Source: Opitutia bacterium (lineage in GTDB: Bacteria; Verrucomicrobiota; Verrucomicrobiia; Opitutales; JANYDI01). Taken from it: a stretch of 40,617 nucleotides of DNA. How positions within the stretch are numbered: the stretch's first letter is position 1; every line of letters starts with the position of its first letter. A program made the translations under genes and the position numbers. Below, one piece after another: positions 37,971 through 40,617 of this stretch. The DNA lies in the NCBI GenBank assembly GCA_025363695.1, contig JANYDI010000148.1, positions 1-40,617 of the forward strand. Reading direction: 5' to 3'. The notes under the pieces are model-generated. The model did not search any database and was not told where the DNA came from. It saw only the letters and a program-made list of their open reading frames with translations.

Positions 37971-39764
37971 TCATTGGTTCTTGAGAATCTGTACAAACGT
38001 CTCTTGCGGGATGTCTACTTTGCCGACGCGTTTCATACGTTTTTTGCCTTCTTTTTGTTTATCGAGGAGCTTGCGTTTTCGGCTGATGTCGCCGCCGTAG
38101 CACTTCGCGGTGACGTCTTTTCGGAAGGCATTGATGGTCTCGCGGGCGACGATCTTGCCGCCTACAGCCGCTTGGATAGCGATCTTGAACATTTGGCGAG
38201 GGAGGATTTGGCCTAGGCGTTCGCATAGGGAGCGTCCGCGGCTTTCGGCCTTGGATGCGTGCACGATGGAGGCAAAGGCGTCTACGGGCTCGGTGTTTAC
38301 GAGGATTTCCAGCTTGGTGAGCTTGGAGGGGATGTATTCGCCCAAGCAATAGTCCATGGAGCCGTAACCCTTGGTGATGCTTTTGAGGCGATCATGAAAG
38401 TCGACCAGAATTTCATTCAGCGGCAAGGTGCACGAGAGGATAACCCGTTGCGTATCAATGCTTTCGGTGCTTTCGTAGATGCCGCGTTTTTCCGAAATAA
38501 GGGTCATGAGCTCTCCAATACAAATATTGGGGATGATGATGGTGGCCTTGACGGTGGGCTCGTACATGGCTTTGATGATGGTAGGATCCGGCAGTTTTAG
38601 CGGGTTGTCGATCATGAGCGTTTTGCCAGCTTCGGTCTCGATACGGTACACCACGCTGGGATAGGTCGATATAATGTCCAAATCATACTCGCGCCGCAAG
38701 CGTTCCTGGACAATATCCATGTGCAAAAGCCCTAAAAACCCGCAACGAAAGCCAAAGCCCAGCGCGGTTGAGGATTCCGACTGATAGGTAAAAGCGGCAT
38801 CGTTGAGCCTGAGCTTGGCCACGCTGGCCTTGAGCTTTTCGTAGTCCGTGCTATCAATGGGGTAAATACCACTAAACACCATGGGCTGGATTTCCTTATA
38901 CCCAGGGAGCATTTCTTGGGCCGGATGCTCTAAATGCGTCAAGGTATCGCCGATTTTGATTTGCGATACTTCCCGTAAATTAGTAACAATGTAGCCTACT
39001 TGCCCAGAGCCCAAGGTGGCCTCTTGCCGCATTTGAGGCGAAAATACGCCGACTTCCTTCACCTGGGCCACCTGACCATCGCTCATCATCATGAGCATGT
39101 CATTTGCCCTTACCAAGCCCGAAAACACCCGCACATAGCAAATCACGCCACGATAGGCATCGTAAGCGCAATCAAAGATCAGCATGCGTGTTTGTGGGTA
39201 GTCGCCCCAACGCGGCCCTGGGAGGCGATGTGCCACGGCTTCCAAAATTTCTGAAATACCCAGGCGCGCCTTTCCGCTGGCCAACAGGGCATCATGGGCC
39301 GGAATGGCCAAGATGTCCTCGATCTCACGACGGCGTTTTTCCGGCTCGGCTCCGGGTAAATCAATTTTGTTGATGACCGGAATGACCGTAAGGCCTTGAT
39401 TGATCGCTAAATGGGCGTTGGCTACCGTCTGTGCCTCAATGCCTTGGGCGGCGTCCACCAGCAACAAGGCTCCCTCGCAAGCCGCCAAACTGCGGGATAC
39501 CTCATACGCAAAATCTACGTGTCCAGGCGTATCAATGAGGTTATACAACCAAGGCTCCGTGCTTCCCTTGGGCTGATAAAGCATCGATACGGGGTGACAC
39601 TTGATCGTTATACCGCGCTCACGCTCCAGGTCCATCGCATCCAGCAGGCACTCCTTCATCGCCCGCTTGTCGACCGTAGACGTTGCCTCCAGCAGGCAGT
39701 CCGACAAGGTCGTTTTCCCGTGGTCCACGTGTGCGATAATGCAAAAATTCCGAATCTCTCTCAT
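37971..39764 (-). CDS. lepA: Elongation factor 4 (LepA)
   Basis: IRNFCIIAHVDHGKTTLSD, DTPGHVDF, NKID motifs; 597 aa; lepA-lepB adjacency. Confidence 0.96.
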   Translation of the reverse strand: MREIRNFCIIAHVDHGKTTLSDCLLEATSTVDKRAMKECLLDAMDLERERGITIKCHPVSMLYQPKGSTEPWLYNLIDTPGHVDFAYEVSRSLAACEGALLLVDAAQGIEAQTVANAHLAINQGLTVIPVINKIDLPGAEPEKRRREIEDILAIPAHDALLASGKARLGISEILEAVAHRLPGPRWGDYPQTRMLIFDCAYDAYRGVICYVRVFSGLVRANDMLMMMSDGQVAQVKEVGVFSPQMRQEATLGSGQVGYIVTNLREVSQIKIGDTLTHLEHPAQEMLPGYKEIQPMVFSGIYPIDSTDYEKLKASVAKLRLNDAAFTYQSESSTALGFGFRCGFLGLLHMDIVQERLRREYDLDIISTYPSVVYRIETEAGKTLMIDNPLKLPDPTIIKAMYEPTVKATIIIPNICIGELMTLISEKRGIYESTESIDTQRVILSCTLPLNEILVDFHDRLKSITKGYGSMDYCLGEYIPSKLTKLEILVNTEPVDAFASIVHASKAESRGRSLCERLGQILPRQMFKIAIQAAVGGKIVARETINAFRKDVTAKCYGGDISRKRKLLDKQKEGKKRMKRVGKVDIPQETFVQILKNQ

Positions 39765-39776
39765 GCTTGTGTCGAT

Positions 39777-39805
39777 AGGTTAGGCAGCGTTGGCCGCAAA
39801 AGCAA
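39777..39805 (-). promoter_or_regulatory. Candidate promoter of lepA
   Basis: Minus strand AAAAAAACTTTCGC-TTGCTT (39805-39800) - 17 nt - TAACCT (39782-39777), then 12 nt to the ATG at 39764. Confidence 0.3.
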
Positions 39806-39818
39806 GCGAAAGTTTTTT

Positions 39819-39902
39819 TAGGGGGCGCTTGCGCCCCCTAAAACCCCCATTCCGATAGCGATTTATTAAAATGCTAACGCATTTTAGATAAATCGCTATC
39901 GG
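39819..39902. repeat. Half element E7 (A-B only)
   Basis: A variant 39819-39840 TAGGGGGCGC-TT-GCGCCCCCTA; B 39852-39902 CCGATAGCGATTTATTAAAATGC-TAAC-GCATTTTAGATAAATCGCTATCGG. Confidence 0.85.
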
Positions 39903-39987
39903 GAATGGTGTTCTAGGATCAATGATGTATTGTGATATTTATTTGATTTTATGATAAATTTTAGGAATTTCGAGGACAATTTTCATG

Positions 39988-40049
39988 AAAAAGCCCTGCT
40001 CCCTACGCCAAGGCTCCGGAGAGCCAAGAGTTTTAGTGAGCAGGGCTTT
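39988..40049 (-). terminator. Hairpin plus T5, terminator-like on the minus strand
   Basis: Minus strand AAAGCCCTGCTC (40049-40038) ... GAGCAGGGCTTTTT (40001-39988). This is a 12-bp stem whose 36-nt loop holds the inner hairpin GGCTC-CGGA-GAGCC (40012-40025). Confidence 0.4.
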
Positions 40050-40163
40050 AAGCGTGAAGTATTCTCAATAGATCTTTTTAAGTTTTAAGCGTGTAAGGGC
40101 GATTCTCTTGTTGATTTATGCTTGTAGGCTTAGGCTTTTGTGGATGGAATTGGTTATTAAAGT

Positions 40164-40282
40164 ATCAAGTCGAGAATCGCCCTTACGGAGCTCTAAAGTT
40201 TTATTTAGTCTAACCTATCTTTGTGTAAAGACAGGGGGTCAGGACGCCCGAGAACACGTATTCACGATCTGAGTTCTCGGGC
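40164..40282 (-). repeat. Family-2 repeat, copy 2 (inverted relative to copy 1)
   Basis: Plus strand ATCAAGTCGAGAATCGCCCTTACGGAGCT ... GCCCGAGAAC (40246-40255) ... GTTCTCGGGC (40273-40282). This is the reverse complement of the pattern at 33153-33271. Confidence 0.8.
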
Positions 40283-40470
40283 TGAATTCGCTTCTTAAGC
40301 CGGTGAGAAAGGATTGTGGTAAGTTCCATGGTATCAAATCCGGGCATTATTTCGAGTAAAAGAACTTGGTCGTTTTGGGTTTTCATGATGATTTTTTTGG
40401 AGAAAAGGAGGGCCCTTGGAGGGGGAATTTTTTTACCGCTGGCCAGCCGTGTTTTGTCCCTGTCCCCACA

Positions 40471-40498
40471 ATTATACCAAAAAAATGTCGATTGTCAA
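40471..40498 (-). promoter_or_regulatory. Near-perfect sigma70 promoter with extended -10 and an upstream A/T (UP-like) tract
   Basis: Minus strand reads AAAAAAATTTAAATTTTTTCAAAAAACCCC-TTGACA (40498-40493) - 16 nt ending in TGG - TATAAT (40476-40471) - TGTGGGGA. Both hexamers match consensus; TGn lies before the -10; phased A/T tracts lie at -40 to -70; the discriminator is G-rich. Confidence 0.6.
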
Positions 40499-40617
40499 GG
40501 GGTTTTTTGAAAAAATTTAAATTTTTTTAAAAAAAAGTTTAGGGCGTAAATGAGAATTTGGTATTGATAGGTAACCTAAGGAACGGGGTGGAAATGACCT
40601 AAGTTGTTGATTAAAAA

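Larger units (their letters stand above)
39988..40464 (-). ncRNA. Candidate unannotated transcript (about 480 nt, function unknown) between a consensus promoter and a terminator-like hairpin
   Basis: Defined only by the promoter at 40471-40498 and the hairpin plus T-run at 39988-40049. It contains family-2 repeat copy 2 and a large hairpin (40093-40107 / 40172-40186). The only ORF is 58 aa (40210-40386) with no SD. I saw no tmRNA, RNase P or SRP signature. Confidence 0.3.

Noticed and set aside
26707-39902. The repeated GC-rich palindromes could be a CRISPR array
   Set aside because: The copies are in inverted orientation and irregularly spaced, and whole housekeeping genes separate them. 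There are no unique spacers of uniform length and no cas genes.
40210-40386. 58-aa minus-strand ORF MKTQNDQVLLLEIMPGFDTMELTTILSHRLKK... vaguely resembling the beta3-alpha3 segment of a response-regulator receiver domain
   Set aside because: It is too short for a receiver domain, and the phospho-acceptor Asp position holds Glu. There is no SD. Its C-terminal third is encoded by the family-2 repeat hairpin, which is non-coding in copy 1. At best it is a gene remnant.
39988-40464. Assigning the promoter-driven region as tmRNA, RNase P RNA, SRP RNA or 6S RNA
   Set aside because: There is no acceptor or T-arm with GGTTCGA..CCA at the 3' end and no tag ORF ending in Ala-Ala. There is no GAGGAAAGUCC P4 block and no SRP domain IV GGAA-tetraloop with the AGCA motif. 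The length does not fit 6S RNA.
39903-40617. The AT-rich gene-free tail as a replication origin
   Set aside because: I found only one near-match to a DnaA box (TGTGGATGG at about 40139). There is no cluster of boxes and no dnaA or dnaN nearby. This cannot be excluded without a proper motif scan or GC-skew analysis.

Overview
Bacterial chromosomal window, almost entirely housekeeping. Positions 1-25140 (all minus strand) form one uninterrupted supercluster: tRNA-Thr, tuf, tRNA-Trp, secE, nusG, rplKAJL, rpoBC, rpsLG, fusA, rpsJ, rplCDWB, rpsS, rplV, rpsC, rplP, rpmC, rpsQ, rplNXE, rpsNH, rplFR, rpsE, rplO, secY (no rpmD, a single tuf). Positions 25.5-39.8 kb hold prfB (programmed +1 frameshift), a small TPR protein, priA, rpmA/rplU, rsmG, fmt, a stand-alone Hanks-type Ser/Thr kinase, cysS, lepB and lepA. 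I cannot name the taxon by eye; the gene order and protein N-termini look vaguely PVC-like, which is a guess. I see no CRISPR array, defence genes, transposase or integrase. Four things are not ordinary. (1) There is a sharp compositional step: the supercluster is much more AT-rich than everything right of about 25.5 kb. (2) Every sizeable spacer in the GC-rich half is filled by a modular, nested palindromic element (GC hairpin A, GGATCC, long AT-rich hairpin B, GATC hairpin C, then the mirror image). Its arms differ between copies by compensatory changes, and its ends sit on or next to stop codons. (3) A second ~120-nt repeat family occurs in two inverted copies. (4) The gene-free 850-bp right-hand tail carries a textbook sigma70 promoter with an UP-like A/T tract, aimed at a ~480-nt stretch with no convincing ORF that ends in a hairpin plus T-run. 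All coordinates of small structures were derived by hand and may be off by 1-2 nt.
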